Shown: piece after piece, positions 1-12,467 of the stretch | Position numbering within the stretch: the stretch's first letter is position 1 | Layout: each line of letters opens with the position of its first letter | Assembly: GCF_006345805.1 (NCBI RefSeq) | Contig: NC_043008.1 | Location: forward strand, 52,700,001 to 52,764,000 | Reading direction: 5' to 3' | Length of the DNA: 64,000 nt | From: Octopus sinensis | Lineage: Eukaryota | The notes under the pieces: generated by a model | The model's input: only the letters and a program-made list of their open reading frames with translations | What the model was told of the DNA's origin: nothing | Database searches by the model: none | Position numbers and translations under genes: made by a program

Positions 1-282
1 TGTTAGGAAGGGCAAAACAGACATGGGAGCACCATGCAGTCTTTGAACACCCTGGATTCTATTAAACCTTCCAATCTATCCCAGTGTGGAACATGCATGC
101 ATTGATGATGATTAATAGTAATCACTTGATTGAAATTATTCTATTTTATATTAGTATTCTGCATGCATGATATATAGGGTATTACAAAATATATAAGATA
201 CTTAAACAGTATATCAGATATTACATAATATATATATAAATGATACAACACAATATATAAGATATTATACAACCCTACTTAC

Positions 283-403
283 TGAAGAGTTTTGTGTATT
301 TCAGCAATCTGTTCTTCCATTCTGAGATTTTGCTTGGGTAACATCTTAAATTGTGAAACATATCCTGGAGGGTGGTCTTGTTCATCATAGTCACCCAGTT
401 CGG
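283..403 (-). CDS. FRMD5: FRMD5/FRMD3-like, 121-bp internal exon, (S)ELGDYDEQDHPPGYVSQFKMLPKQNLRMEEQIAEIHKTL
   Basis: Splice sites tttattgctattacag|CCGAACTGGGTGACTATG...ACTCTTCA|gtaagt. Carries FERM motifs ELGDYD, GYVS.F and EE.IAEIHK. In frame with the 98-bp exon; a different frame from track ORF 275..505. Confidence 0.95.
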
Positions 404-689
404 CTGTAATAGCAATAAAGAAATAAAGATAAAGCATCCGGATAATATCTGATCAAACAGGACTTGTTCGAGGAGGGGAAGTGGGGGGGGGGGGGGCTCT
501 TTCATTATCTCTTTTATAATAAATAAAAAGAACTAAGATCTTTGTTATTACTGAGAGGGAAAGGGTCATCAAAATTATAGACTGGAAACAGACAAGATCA
601 ACTCTATCATTGCCATCACTATCTATTATGTACTTTTAATTATTGTGCTCCCTGTATCAATACTAGTATAAATATTATTTTTAATCTTA

Positions 690-1165
690 TTCCCTCCATT
701 CTTCCACTCTGGATGCCTTGCTTCCCTTGGCATAGATACATTGAACTGACTTGGTAAACACCCACAAAATCATTAACCATTGTGCCAACAACCACCTTGA
801 GCACTTTTTTGAGCTCCATGTGTCTAATATGTGTAGGCATGCCTACAAAGTCACAAAACAGCACAGCTCCCTTGACTTTTGGAAACATTTTTTCACACTC
901 AGAGTTGCTGAAGTATGGAAAAAAATACCTGCATCAGTTGTTAGTTGCTGAGACATTGCATCCTTTAAAACCTCCATGCTTCCCGAAATTTACCAACACT
1001 ACACCCGACATCTTCCCCTCCATACGCATGCACACATGTATATCATGACTCACACACTATTCACTTTCCTGACTTTTGTACATAATTCTATGTACTGTAC
1101 ATGCACCTTTGATGAGTTGTAGTACAACTGAGCACCATACACATTAATTTCATTATTATCCATTA
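690..1165 (+). mobile_element. CR1/L2-type LINE, degenerate 3' end of ORF2 plus 3' UTR
   Basis: ORF 751..951 (...HAYKVTKQHSSLDFWKHFFTLRVAEVWKKIPASVVS) follows the CR1/L2 ORF2 C-terminal pattern GH..KL.K...R..FFS.RV...WN.LP..VV. Flanks contain stops. Confidence 0.75.
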
Positions 1166-2119
1166 TTAAATTTATAACCAATGCTAAACACTTTTTTCAC
1201 ACATCAAGTATAATGGCAAAGTTTGGCCAGTGATTGATGAGATGCCGTTATTCATTATTCAACCATGGGGATATTTATACAGTCCTTGAGTAATTTATCA
1301 CAGATAATCATCTATATTTAAAGTGGTTCAAAGCAGATGGATACAAGAGCAATTGTAACCAATATTAAACTTATGCTACCCAGTACACACTGTAAAGTAG
1401 TTAACATTTGAAGGGCATCCAGGTGAAAACACCACGCCAGAACACACAATGGAGTCTGGTGTGTCCCTGGTCTTGCTAGCTCCAACCCTTGCCAACATGG
1501 AAAACAGATATTAGTTGAGAATGATAATATATAGATATATAGTCATCAACTACTCTTTCTTATCTTCATTCCAACTTACATTTATTCCCAATTTAGTGTA
1601 GTTGTAACCCTACCCACCTAGCCACTCTTCTCATTCTTCTGCCCTTACACCTGGATCTGCCCTGGCATCTCATCTCCACTTTCTTCCTCGCTCTTTCCAC
1701 CTTCACACTGATTACTCCCATGCACTCTTGTATAATGTGAGCAATTATGTATCTCTTCCACAAGGAGAAACTCGGTCCATTCCTTCATACTCTAACATTA
1801 CATCACCTAGCATAAAATTGTCCCCTACTCTACTGCAGCCCCACGCAGTTGAAGGGATTTTAGCCTTGCAAGCTACATGGTAACCTCAATATATTGGTGC
1901 CATGGCAAAAATCACCCAGTCATCACTCAGTAAAGTGGCTGGCATTAGGGAGGTGCATGCAGCTATAGAAATCATACTAATGCAGGTACTGAAGTATGCT
2001 GTCCTTTGACCTGTCCAGCCAATGCCAGTATAGAGGATAAACATTAAATGATGCACATTCACACACATACATGCACACACACATGCACTCTCACACACAC
2101 ACTAGCATTCTGGTTATGA

Positions 2120-2650
2120 TGATGAGTGCCCCAGTTGATCCAATCAATGGAACAGCCAGCTCATGAAACTAACGTGCAAGTGGCTGAGCACTCTACAAAC
2201 ACACGTATCCTCAACATAGTTCTCTGGGAGATTGAGCAAGATCCAGGATGTGACAAGGCCAGCCCTGGTGACACGTAAAAAGCACCATCCGACCGTCGCC
2301 GATGCCAGCACCGCCTAGACTGGCTTCCGTGCTGGTGGTACGTAAAAAGCACCAATCCGATCGTGGCCATTGCCAGCCTCACCTGGCCCCTGTGCCGGTG
2401 GCACATAAAAAGCACCCACTACACTCATGGAGTGGTTGGCGTTAGGAAAGGTATCCAGCTGTAGAAACACTGCAAGATCAGACTGGAGCCTGGTGCAGCC
2501 TTCTGGCTTCCCAGACCCCAGTTGAACCGTCCAACCCATGCTAGCATGGAGAACGGACGTTAAACGATGGTGATGATGATGATCTCACTTTTGCCAGCTG
2601 AGTGGACTGGGGCAATGTAAAATAAAGTATTTTGCTCAAAGACTCAATGT
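2120..2650 (-). mobile_element. tRNA-derived SINE family B, split by a family R insertion
   Basis: 2120-2266 and 2586-2650 are reverse-complement matches to consecutive parts of the intact copy at 16872-17185. Confidence 0.75.
2267..2583 (+). mobile_element. SINE-like family R (three internal ~62-67-bp units, CCATGCTAGCATGG tail, (GAT)n end)
   Basis: Nearly colinear with 63218-63538. The TAAAAAGCACC unit occurs at 2276, 2343 and 2406. Confidence 0.85.
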
Positions 2651-3458
2651 GAAATATAGTATTTTGCTCACACACACACACACATACACACACACGAACA
2701 CAACAGGAAAGTCCAAAAGCACCAACAATGATGCTATTTGCTAACTTGTTTTGTCTTAATCTGTTACAGGGTCTATAAAACAATAAACCAGAAGGTTTCA
2801 TTGTTATTAAGACAAAAAAGGATTAATCATTTCTTTACGGGAGACAAAACAAAAAAAGAAGTGAAGTGAAACAGCAACACCCAGGAAACAGAATCTAACC
2901 ACAGACCGTCCATTATTTTATTTATTTTATGTTGCAGTCTATGTATAATAACACTATCGCTTACAGGTTCCCAGTAGGCAATTTACAGGATTTATGATGA
3001 TGGTGTGAATGACAAAGGAGTGCCAGTGAATCAGTACAAATAACTTTGAAGCGCACAAGGTTTGCATCAATATTTACATTGTTGACTGATTTAAAATGAC
3101 ACTTGTATATTACACACACACATTAGTATTCCATACTGTCCATAAGGATTGATTTTTTCATACATAAAAAATATAATGAAATACACCTAAATTATAGAAA
3201 AAAGTACTTATTTTTATACACACACACACACACACGAGTGTATACATGCTTATTTATATTTATGTATGACTGTGTGTAGATGGATAGATAGATAGAGAGA
3301 GAGATAAAAAGAGAGTATATGTAGATATAGATACACAGAGAAATAGAAAGATTGATATATGTGTGTGTGTGTGTGTATGTATATATATATACATATATAT
3401 CAGAAATATTAAATTTCTAAATGTCTCACAGAGACATGAGCGGTGGTGGAGCAATAGA

Positions 3459-3792
3459 GTGGTTGTATACTGTCAACTTAACGTGACAGTCCCGTAAGGG
3501 AATTACACCACCGCTGTTTAGCCCTAGGAAGCATCGAACGCTTCCTGTCGGCTTTGACACATTTTCTGTGTCCTTATATTTGTGAAGGGGAGGCAAGCAC
3601 CCCTACCAACCAAGATTCACACCTGAGGACATGCATGTTGGCTGGTAGGGGTGCTTGCCTCCCCTTCACAAATATAAGGACACAAAAAATGTGTCGAAGC
3701 CGACAGGAAGCGTTCAATGCTTCCTAGGGCTAAACAGCGGTGGTGTAATTCGCATACGGGACTGTCACGTTAAGTTGACAGTATACAACCAC
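3459..3792. mobile_element. Foldback element, ~155-bp arms and 24-bp spacer, with half of a hammerhead core
   Basis: 3459-3613 is the near-perfect reverse complement of 3638-3792. The spacer is gattcacacCTGAGGAcatgcatg. Confidence 0.85.
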
Positions 3793-3793
3793 A

Positions 3794-3861
<68 letters not shown>

Positions 3862-4294
3862 TAGATACACATGTATATGCAGGTATATATGTATACACAC
3901 ACACGTTTATATGCATACATACATATATGTGTGTATATATAACCACATCCATATATACTTTCATATACATACATATATATATGTGTGTATATGAATATAT
4001 GTATGTGTATCTATATTTAAAAAATATAGAATTTCTCTAATCAGTGAATGTAACTATCAAAACACAACAACATGAAAAGCAAATTTAATAGTTCAATTAA
4101 CTTAACCTTTATTATATATCAGGTTGATTGCTTCAAAGACACCCACATAGCAATTTGTCAGAATAGGACAGCTTTATTCTAAACACTGATGGAAACATTT
4201 TTTTTTTGTGTGGGAGCATCCATCGATCACATCTGTTTCCTCAAAGATTAAACCAGCCCACTATATATATACATTATACATATATATATATATA

Positions 4295-4505
4295 CTTTAT
4301 TTAAAGTAGCAGAAAATTCAACAAAACCTGTAACTCTGAGTTTCCCATTGCCGTTCAAAAACTCTCCGATGAACAGCAACGGGGAAACTCAGAGTAACAG
4401 GTTTTGTTGAATTTTCTGCAGCTTTAAATAAAGCATATTACTCTACCACTGGTATTTGAGTAGTCTTTTTTTCCACCTTGTTTCACATTTATGTGTTTAC
4501 TCCGG
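4295..4505 (+). mobile_element. (TA)n-embedded hairpin element, same family as 21110-21663
   Basis: Arms 4295-4346 and 4382-4433 are inverted. The following ~70-bp tail ending ...gtgtttactccgg matches 21399-21470. Flanked by TA-rich microsatellite. Confidence 0.8.
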
Positions 4506-5337
4506 TATATATACATATATATATATAACCCATGCTAGCATGGAAAGTGGACGTTAAATGATGATGATATATATATACATTATATATATATATATACATA
4601 TATACATTATATATATATATATACACTATATATATACATACACACTATATATACATACATCTCTTGCCTCTCCACTTCCCATACATATATCTTCCTCACA
4701 GTCTTCTCCTCCTCCTTTTTTTCTCCTTACCATCACAACCTTCACTCACTCTAGATTGCATGAAATCCTACTGTAATTTGATGTGATACTGTTAAATAGG
4801 GAGGAGATGAAATATAAACAGTAACCCAAGTATCCACACCCCACTTTTATTCAGGGTTGAGTATTGATGGGGGCGGTTAGAGAGAGAGACACACCACCAA
4901 CAACAACAACAGCAGCAAAAAAAAGTATTTGTTGTCTAGACAGATAATATATCTTTAATGACATTTGTCATTATCAGTTGACATGAACTTGAGTGCTTTA
5001 TCTCACAGACACTGTGAAATGAAAACTAAGCAGTTATACAAACTTCCAGGCGACTTATATTAGATGAGCTCAAATTTTGTCTAATCTGTAAGCACTGATT
5101 CTACTAGGGTTATATCTAAGATATACATTTTTATGGAAACTGGGAAAGCAAGAAAATGAGGAAGGTATTGATTTGGGCATCTATTTTCAGAAAAAAAGAT
5201 ACAGCATACAACCATATATATGTATATATGTATGTATAAACTATATATATGTATATATGACTATGTATATATGTATGTATGTATAAAAGAAAAAAAGAGA
5301 TGTGACAAAGAAAAAAATGATTATCTCATGGACTTCA

Positions 5338-5428
5338 TCAGCTTACAGTTGTTTCGGTGTTTCAGCTATAAGGTTTAGGGGACTCATGGTTGAATGCCTG
5401 GGTAACACCATATAGCTTCATCAGAGCC
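5338..5428 (-). ncRNA. Type I hammerhead ribozyme-like motif with an 8-nt insertion
   Basis: Minus strand reads GGCT-CTGATGA-AGCTATA-(40 nt)-TATAGCT-GAAA-cacc-GAAA-C-aact-GTA-AGCT. Stem II is 7 bp and stem I is 3-4 bp. Confidence 0.5.
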
Positions 5429-5619
5429 TTAAATATGAAGGTCAATGCCTCAGTGAAATATTAAAACACACACACACACATACATACATACATATATATT
5501 ATATATATAAGGCAAATAAGAAAATGGAAAGAATAAATAAATCCTCAGTAAATTTCAGTAAATAGCTAGTATTTAATTGCAATATTGCCCTGCTTATGGA
5601 TTAATGTATATAAGCTGAA

Positions 5620-6139
5620 CATCTGCTTTTCACTGGCACAAAAGGCCAGGCAAAGCAAGTCCACCATGATCCTCATTTTCAATGTCAAGGGCATCATCTA
5701 CATCCACATGGTTCCCTCTGGCCAGACAGTCAACAAAAAGTACTTTGTGGAGGACTTGAGAGAGTTCAAGAAGAGGTTTCAATGCAAAAGTCCAGGGCAT
5801 CTATACAAGGACAATGCACCCATTCACATTTCCAACCTAGTAAGCAACTATTCAACAGAGATGGGCACCAAAACTGTCCCTCTCTCTCTCCCTACAGCCC
5901 ACCTTGCTCCCTGTGACTTTTAATCATTTTTCAAGCTGAAGGAGATGAAGGAAGTTGTGAGAAGGGTCCTAACACTTTCTCTTTGGCGGACTTCCCTGGG
6001 ACCTTCACAAAGTGGGTGAAGTGCTACAGCAAGTGGATTTGGGTCAGAGGATCCTACTTTGGAAGAAGATTAGAATTTTGAACTTTGAAATAAATGCCTC
6101 TCCAGAAAATATTTCAAAACTTCTGGAATGCACCTTGTA
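5620..6139 (+). mobile_element. mariner (DD34D) transposon remnant, 3' half of transposase and right TIR
   Basis: ORF 5585..5923 contains KARQSKS-TMILIFNVKGII-VPSGQTVNKKYF-DNAPIH-HLAPCDF. A broken frame continues to KW...RGSYF. The element ends ...ggaatgcaccttgTA. Confidence 0.9.
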
Positions 6140-6537
6140 TATACAAGTTTTTATCAAACTTTGATAAGTGCCAATGTATGAAACTCTAGGCTCTTGAGTC
6201 ACTCTGTAACTTCAGCCATAAATCAATAAAAAACATGATGATCATGATGATGATAGATACTCAATGTAGGAAAAGGTAATAGAAGACGGAGTATTATGAG
6301 TGAAGCAGGTGAAAGAACCATAGAAATTTGGGTGACAGACAGAACCAGAGTGATAGAAGCTAGAGAATGACGGAGAAGTCATTGACAGGAGAAAGACAGA
6401 GTGACAGAAGAATGAGTAATGAAAAAGAGAAAGATGTGATGAATGAGGAGTGATAGATGTCTTGTAATGAATGACAGAGGAGCGATTAATGAGAGAGAAT
6501 GTAACAAAGATGATTGGAAGCAGGGAGACTTACTATA

Positions 6538-6747
6538 CTCTCTTTTACTCGTTTCAGTCATTTGACTGCGGCCATGCTGGAGGACCACCTTTAATCGAGC
6601 AACTCGACCCTGGGACTTATTCTTTTGTAAGCCCAGTACTTATTCTATTGGTCTCTTTTGCTGAACCGCTAAGTAACAGGGACATAAACACACTAGCATC
6701 GGTTGTCAAGCAATGCTAGGGGGACAAACACAGACACACAAACACAC

Positions 6748-6804
<57 letters not shown>

Positions 6805-6970
6805 TACGACGGGCTTCTTTCAGTTTCCGTCTACCAAATCCACTCACAAGGCTTTGGTCGGCCCGAGGCTATAGTAGAAGACACTTGCCCAAGGTGCCAT
6901 GCAGTGGGACTGAATCCAGAACCATGTGGTTGGTAAACAAGCTACTTACCACACAGCCACTCCTGCACCT
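6538..6970 (-). mobile_element. tRNA-derived SINE family A, near full length, internal (TA)n
   Basis: Minus strand has a tRNA-like head GGAGTGGCTGTGTGGTAAG...GGATTCAGTCCCACTGC, core ggcaccttgggcaagtgtcttc, a microsatellite, and a tail ending atgactgaaacgagtaaaagag. Related copies are near 19715-19955(-), 31770-31930(+), 32900-33665(+), 34030-34180(+), 43430-43560(-), 45240-45390(-), 46655-46925(+), 50575-50745(+), 52638-53035(+). Confidence 0.85.
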
Positions 6971-7380
6971 ATATGTATATAATATGTATATAATGAGTGA
7001 GCATTATTGACATACAAGCATTGTTCTTCCTTTCCAGGCTTCCATATAAAATTAAAATTTCTGGTCATCAGGAAATATCACCTCACTTAGAACTCGACCG
7101 TAGAAAATCTACCTCGACAAATTCTGTCTGGTCCATAGAAGCATGTAAAAGTGAACATATAAAAGATCTTGATGTTAGACTCAAATATAGATATTATACA
7201 TCCTAGTCACCACCACCATCATCATCATTTAATATTGCGGGGTTTTCTTTTATTTGTATTTGTATGGTTTGGGCAGGTCTTCTTCAGGACAGTATTTTTG
7301 CCACTTGTGACGGTCCATCATTTTCATGAGGTTTTGTCTTTTGGTATCATTCTTTACTTTACCACTTCTTTCCAAGTTTT

Positions 7381-8130
7381 GCAACCAAGTGATTTCAGGT
7401 TCAGTTCCACTATGTGGCATCTTGGCAAGAGTCTCTTCTACTGTAGCTTCAAGCCAACCAATGACTTGCAAATGAAGTTGGGAAATGAGAAAGCTATGTG
7501 GAAGTCCATTGTGTGTGTGTGTGTGTGGTGTGTGTGTGTGTAACTGTGAAACTGTGTGAGTATGTGAGCAGGTGTGTATGTTTGGATGGGTGTGTATGTG
7601 TGTGCCGGTGTGAATATGTGTGCAGGCATGTATGTGTGGGCGGGCATGTATGTGTGGGCGGGCATGTATGTGTGGGCGGGTATGTATGTGTGGGCAGGCA
7701 TGTATGCGTGACCAGGCATGACGCGTGACTGGGCATGTATGTGTGATCGGATGTGTATGTGTGAGTGTGTATATATGTGTGTGAGTGGGCGTGCATGTGT
7801 AAGCGCATGTATGTGTGAGCGCATGTGTTAGTTTGCAGGTACATATGTGGGAGCGGGTACATACGTGTGAGTGGGAGGGTATGCGTGAGTGGGTGGGTAT
7901 GTATGAGTGAGTGCGTGTATGTGATTGAGTGCGTATGTGTGAGTGGGTGTGTCTCAGCCCCCACTGCTTGATAACTGATGTTGGTTTGTTTACATCCCCC
8001 TAACTTAGCAGTTCAGCTAAAGAGAGTGAGAGAATAAGTAACACACTCAAAAGAAGAAAAACTACTGGAAGCAATGTATTTGACCAAACTTTTCAAGGCA
8101 GTGCTACAGCATGGGAGCAGTAAAAGAAGA
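7381..8130 (+). mobile_element. SINE family A copy with a ~445-bp expanded internal GT-rich repeat
   Basis: Head-like 7381-7510 and tail-like 7955-8130 match the family A copy at 6538-6970. Between them is a GT micro/minisatellite with an 18-bp unit (gcatgtatgtgtgggcgg). Confidence 0.7.
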
Positions 8131-8519
8131 TATAAAAAAAAAAATCAAGGCCCATGGCTCGTTACCGTGCAGTACCTCACACTTTGTATTTGCCCTTCAC
8201 TGTGGGAAGTAATCAATCCTTCTCTAAGCAGCAGAAGTAATAACTCCCTGAATCCTTTTTCTACTACCTTTCTCACCTGATAGCTATACTTTCAAAGCAG
8301 CCACCCACACAGCTATTTAAGTCACCTAGGTAGCAAAACCTATCAGTTACTTGTAGGGTGCTTTGCAAGCATTTGAAGGAATTTGTTTCACACGTGCTCA
8401 CAACTGTTGTGCATCAACCACACATGAAGGCCTGCCAGTTTGCCACTGTGCATCCTTGGTTTACATTGGGTATACCATGAAGAATTCTCAGCTACTCTTC
8501 TCTGCATTACATGCAGGCA

Positions 8520-8872
8520 TACATACCCACATACATACATACATACATACATACATACATACATACATACATACATACATAGCCACATACATACATACAT
8601 ACCCACATACATACATACCTACATACCCACATACATACATACCTACATACCCACATACATACATACATGCATACCTACCTACGTACATACATACATTACA
8701 TACATACATACCCTACATACATACATACATACCTACATGCATACATACCTACATACACACATACATACATACCTACATACATACATAACCTACATACATA
8801 CATACCCTACATACATACATACATACCCAACATACATACATGCATGCATACCTACATACATACATACACACA
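8520..8872. repeat. (ACAT)n-derived microsatellite
   Basis: Direct reading. Confidence 0.95.
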
Positions 8873-8991
8873 GATTAAAATTCATATACACGTATCTACA
8901 TACACACAACTACATATACATTCACTTGCATTTTAACATAGCCATACACAATGTATTACCATTCAAATCCAATACAAATACATAATACACA

Positions 8992-9004
<13 letters not shown>

Positions 9005-9053
<49 letters not shown>

Positions 9054-9233
9054 AATTAAAATAAACAAACAATTCAAATTAATGAATAAAAAACGGACAA
9101 TATGAGGACTTGCACAAGAACTGTATTAGCTTGACACTCGATGAAAGGACACACACACATATACACACACACAAACACACACACATATACACACACACAC
9201 ACAAACACACACTAACACACACATACACATACA

Positions 9234-9282
<49 letters not shown>

Positions 9283-9320
9283 ACACTCATACACACACAC
9301 ACTCATACACACACACACAC
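9005..9320. repeat. (TA)n and (CA)n microsatellites
   Basis: (TA)n ~9005-9050 and (CA)n-rich ~9149-9320. Confidence 0.9.
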
Positions 9321-9619
9321 AAGCTAAAACTTGACTGGTTTGTATTTATATAGACATACAGAAGAATAACCATACACACATCTGTATAACACACACACAC
9401 ACACACATACATACATCTCTAGGCAAGCATACATCTTAGAGAGGCTACAGTGAAAGAGAACCTGTAGGTGACCTAGACAAGCTGTCAGGTTGCTATGGTA
9501 ACAAGATTTATTTAACACTAACATGGCAAGAGAGAGGGTGGTGGTGGTGGTGGTAGGAAAAGCAAAGAGAATGAAATGTAGTGGGAGTAAATGAGATGTG
9601 TGTTATAGATTGGAAATAA

Positions 9620-10277
9620 TGAGAGTGAAAGAGAGAGAGAGAGAGCGAGTGAGTGAGTGAAAGAGTCAGTGCAACTGAGGGAGGGAGGGAGAGAGGGGGA
9701 GGGAGAGATGTGAGACTGAATGAGAAAGAAACAGACTGATACATAAACACTGATAAATAGGCAGTGGAACTGAGAGAGACAGAGAGAGAGAGAGGGGGAG
9801 AGAGAGAGAGAGAGAGGAAGGGAGAGAGGGGGAGAGAGAGAGAGAAAGACAGCTTGAAAAAAGAAATGATAGCGGGAGGAGAACTGAGAAAAAGAGTGAA
9901 ACTAAGAAAGAGAGAGAGATATATAGAGGGGGAGGGGGGAGAAAGAGGGAGAGAGGGGGAGGGAGGGAGAGAGAGAGAGGAGAGAGAGGGAGAGAGGGAA
10001 AGAAAGAGGAGAGAGAGGGAAGGAGGGAGAGAAGGAGAGAGAGGGAGGAGGGAGGGAGGGAGAGAGAGGGATGGAGGAGAGAGAGAGAGGGATGGAGGAG
10101 AGAGAGAGGAGAGAGGGAGAGGGGAGGGGGGAGAAAGAGAGAGAGAATTGATAGAGAAAGGAAGTTGGAATTTAGATGAGAAATAGCAAACAGACAGCGA
10201 GAATGCAACATTGAAAGAGTCAAAGTTGCTGATACAATGAGAAAGATAGATGGAATAATGAGAGAGAGAGAGGGGGG

Positions 10278-10314
<37 letters not shown>

Positions 10315-10315
10315 A
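9620..10315. repeat. ~700-bp polypurine (GA/GGA) low-complexity tract
   Basis: Direct reading; source of the spurious 324, 266 and 140-aa ORFs. Confidence 0.95.
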
Positions 10316-11504
10316 GAAACATACACATGTATGCATATATAAACATATGTACAATAAGACAGAATCCGAAGAGAATGGTATTTGTTCTGTGTCTGCAAGA
10401 CCTGTAATATTTTGTAAAACAGACGAAAAGAGCACAATGAACTTGCTGTGAAGAGTAGAAAATCAAGTGTGTATGTGTTCATGCAGGCATATATGTATGC
10501 ATATATGCATGTGTGTATAGATATGTGGTTGTGGATGCAGAGTTCCCAACATAAGAAGGTTTCAGGTTCTATCCCACTGTATGGCAGTGTCTTCTACATT
10601 TACTTGGTTTTTGATTGATTTTGATTTTTCCAGTTTCAGCTAATGAGCTGTGGCCATGCTGGGGCACCGCCATTTGCTGGAGCACCGCCATTGGTTAATT
10701 AATATTTTGCAAGTTGAATGAAACTAGTAGTCGTGGGGGGAGGGGTATTTCCTAATTGGAAATTTTTTCAAAAAGCTAGAAATTTGGATATAGAAAGAAG
10801 GACCAGTTAATTATATCAATCCCAGTACTAAACTGGTCCTTTATTTTATCAACCCCAGAAGGATGAAAGCAATATTGACCAAAATATTTTGTTTTGGTGT
10901 ATTTTAATGATTCAACAAATACCACTTTCAGTTCTCCCCATTTGCTCTACTGCACCATCATAAAGTGTGCTGTAACCATGAACAGAAAATAGCATTTTGG
11001 CATTTGCAAGATTTTGGGGTTAAAATTTTGGGGATAACAATCTGTGAGGTGCTGCTCTGCAGCAGGTGTAACTCATTTTCAGCTGAGTAGAATGAAGTAC
11101 CAAGAGATAAAGTACCTTGGAATGGAACCATCAACATTACAGATTATATTCCAATGGTCTAACTACTAGGCCACAAGCATTCACATCTTATTGTTTAACG
11201 TTAGTCTCTTGAGTCCAAGAAAGACAAGTTCTGTAATTTATTACTAAACAACCTGCACATATGATTTGCACTACTTGCTGAGGAGAAATTACAAAACAAT
11301 CAAGGTGTATTGCAAAAGTCAGCATTACTTGGAACTGCATGCATACTGCATAAAGTACTGTCTGTCTGAGGTCCTTGTTGTGACTTGACAAACAGTACAA
11401 ACCCCTGGTAGACACAATATCTTAAAAAAATAATGAAATTATTGTATACAGTGCTCAGTTTATAGTGATCAAATATTTCATGTTGTGCATTAACTTACTC
11501 CCTC

Positions 11505-11672
11505 TATCAAATCGATATTACCTGGACAGGTGCATGTCAGAGGTTCAAATGATCACAGAGCAATGTGAAATGAAGTGTTTTGCTCAAAAACACAATGCAC
11601 TGTCCAGACTGGGTATTGAACCAATGGTCTCGCGATTGTGAATGCAACAGCCTAACTACTAGGCTATACACC
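11505..11672 (-). mobile_element. tRNA-derived SINE family B-like, 5' part
   Basis: Minus strand has a tRNA-like head tagcctagtagttagg...ggttcaatacc followed by gtgtttttgagcaaaacacttcatttcacattgctc. Confidence 0.7.
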
Positions 11673-11777
11673 CATGCTTTATTGTTGATTGCACACCAAA
11701 TATAAAACACTGAATAAAACATTGATCTACAGAGTTTACGACAGAAGTGACTTATCAACGACAATTGGATAACTTAC

Positions 11778-11875
11778 ACTGTATTATGTAGGCTGCCAAA
11801 AGGTTAGCATCACTTGGGGGGCACAGTAAACGGCCATGATGTAGATCTCTTCGGAGTTGCAGGAACAAGCAGTAT
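11778..11875 (-). CDS. FRMD5: FRMD5/FRMD3-like, 98-bp internal exon, [32 protein letters not shown]
   Basis: Splice sites ttattcttcctcctcag|ATACTGC...ATACAGT|gtaagt. FERM F2-lobe peptide close to the recalled FRMD5 sequence LQIKRDLYHGRLLC..SDAALLAAYILQ. Phases 2 and 1. Confidence 0.95.
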
Positions 11876-12129
11876 CTGAGGAGGAAGAATAAATAATTAT
11901 TAGTATTATTATTATAATCCTTTCTACTAAAGGCACAAGGCCTGAAATTTGTGGGGAGAGGACTAATCTATTACATTGACCCCAGTGTTTCACTGGTACT
12001 TAATTTATTGACCCCGGGAGGATGAAATGTGAAGCAGAAATGTAAAGAACTGGCAGAAATACTGCAAGATTTTCCAACACTACAATAATAATAATGATAA
12101 TGATGATAATAATAATAAATGGATAAAAA

Positions 12130-12460
12130 TCCACTCCAGTCATAAATGACAATGAGGTTGCACCTAGAAAGTTCCCCTCCAAGGCACAAGTCTGAGTAAG
12201 GTTGTTTGGGGAAGACAAACAGTCACCCTTGCATATGAGTCTTCCCTCTCTATGCCACCAATGCTGCCCGAGCGAAGGGCAAAAACTGATACAGCATGGC
12301 ACCAGTAATGATGCAACTCCTTTCTGAGTGAGCTGAGTGAACAGGAACAATGTGAAGTAAAATTTCTTGCTCAAGGACACAACACAGAGCTCAGTCTGAG
12401 AATTGACCTCACATCATCACAATCATAAGCCCAAAGTGCAAACCACTGAATCACATGCCG
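12130..12460 (-). mobile_element. tRNA-derived SINE, family B variant related to 61550-61891
   Basis: Reverse complement shares gtgtccttgagcaag...ctcagc and cttgtgccttggaggg.aactttctaggtgcaa with the copy at 61550. Confidence 0.7.
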
Positions 12461-12467
12461 TCACAAT

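Noticed and set aside
275-505. 76-aa minus-strand ORF as a protein
   Set aside because: It overlaps the real exon 283-403 in the wrong frame; the FERM frame is bounded by splice sites.
1990-2035. HWLD-encoding word on the minus strand
   Set aside because: It lies inside a SINE-tail repeat, downstream of the exons it should precede, has no acceptor, and runs into a stop.
7250-7471. 73-aa ORF as a gene
   Set aside because: It is a chimera of a SINE-A head read antisense and a decayed LINE-like 3' end with a (GAT)n tail.
10350-10447. Acceptor-like ttttctactcttcacag on the gene strand in the 11-kb intron
   Set aside because: No strong donor follows and no frame resembles FERM; the flanking exons already join without a gap.
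7438-10482. Long ORFs in the track (128-324 aa), also those at 36722-37208 and 53517-55400
   Set aside because: They are translations of (CA)n, (ACAT)n, (GA)n and (TA)n repeats giving HT, YI, LS and ER low-complexity peptides, with no domain signal.
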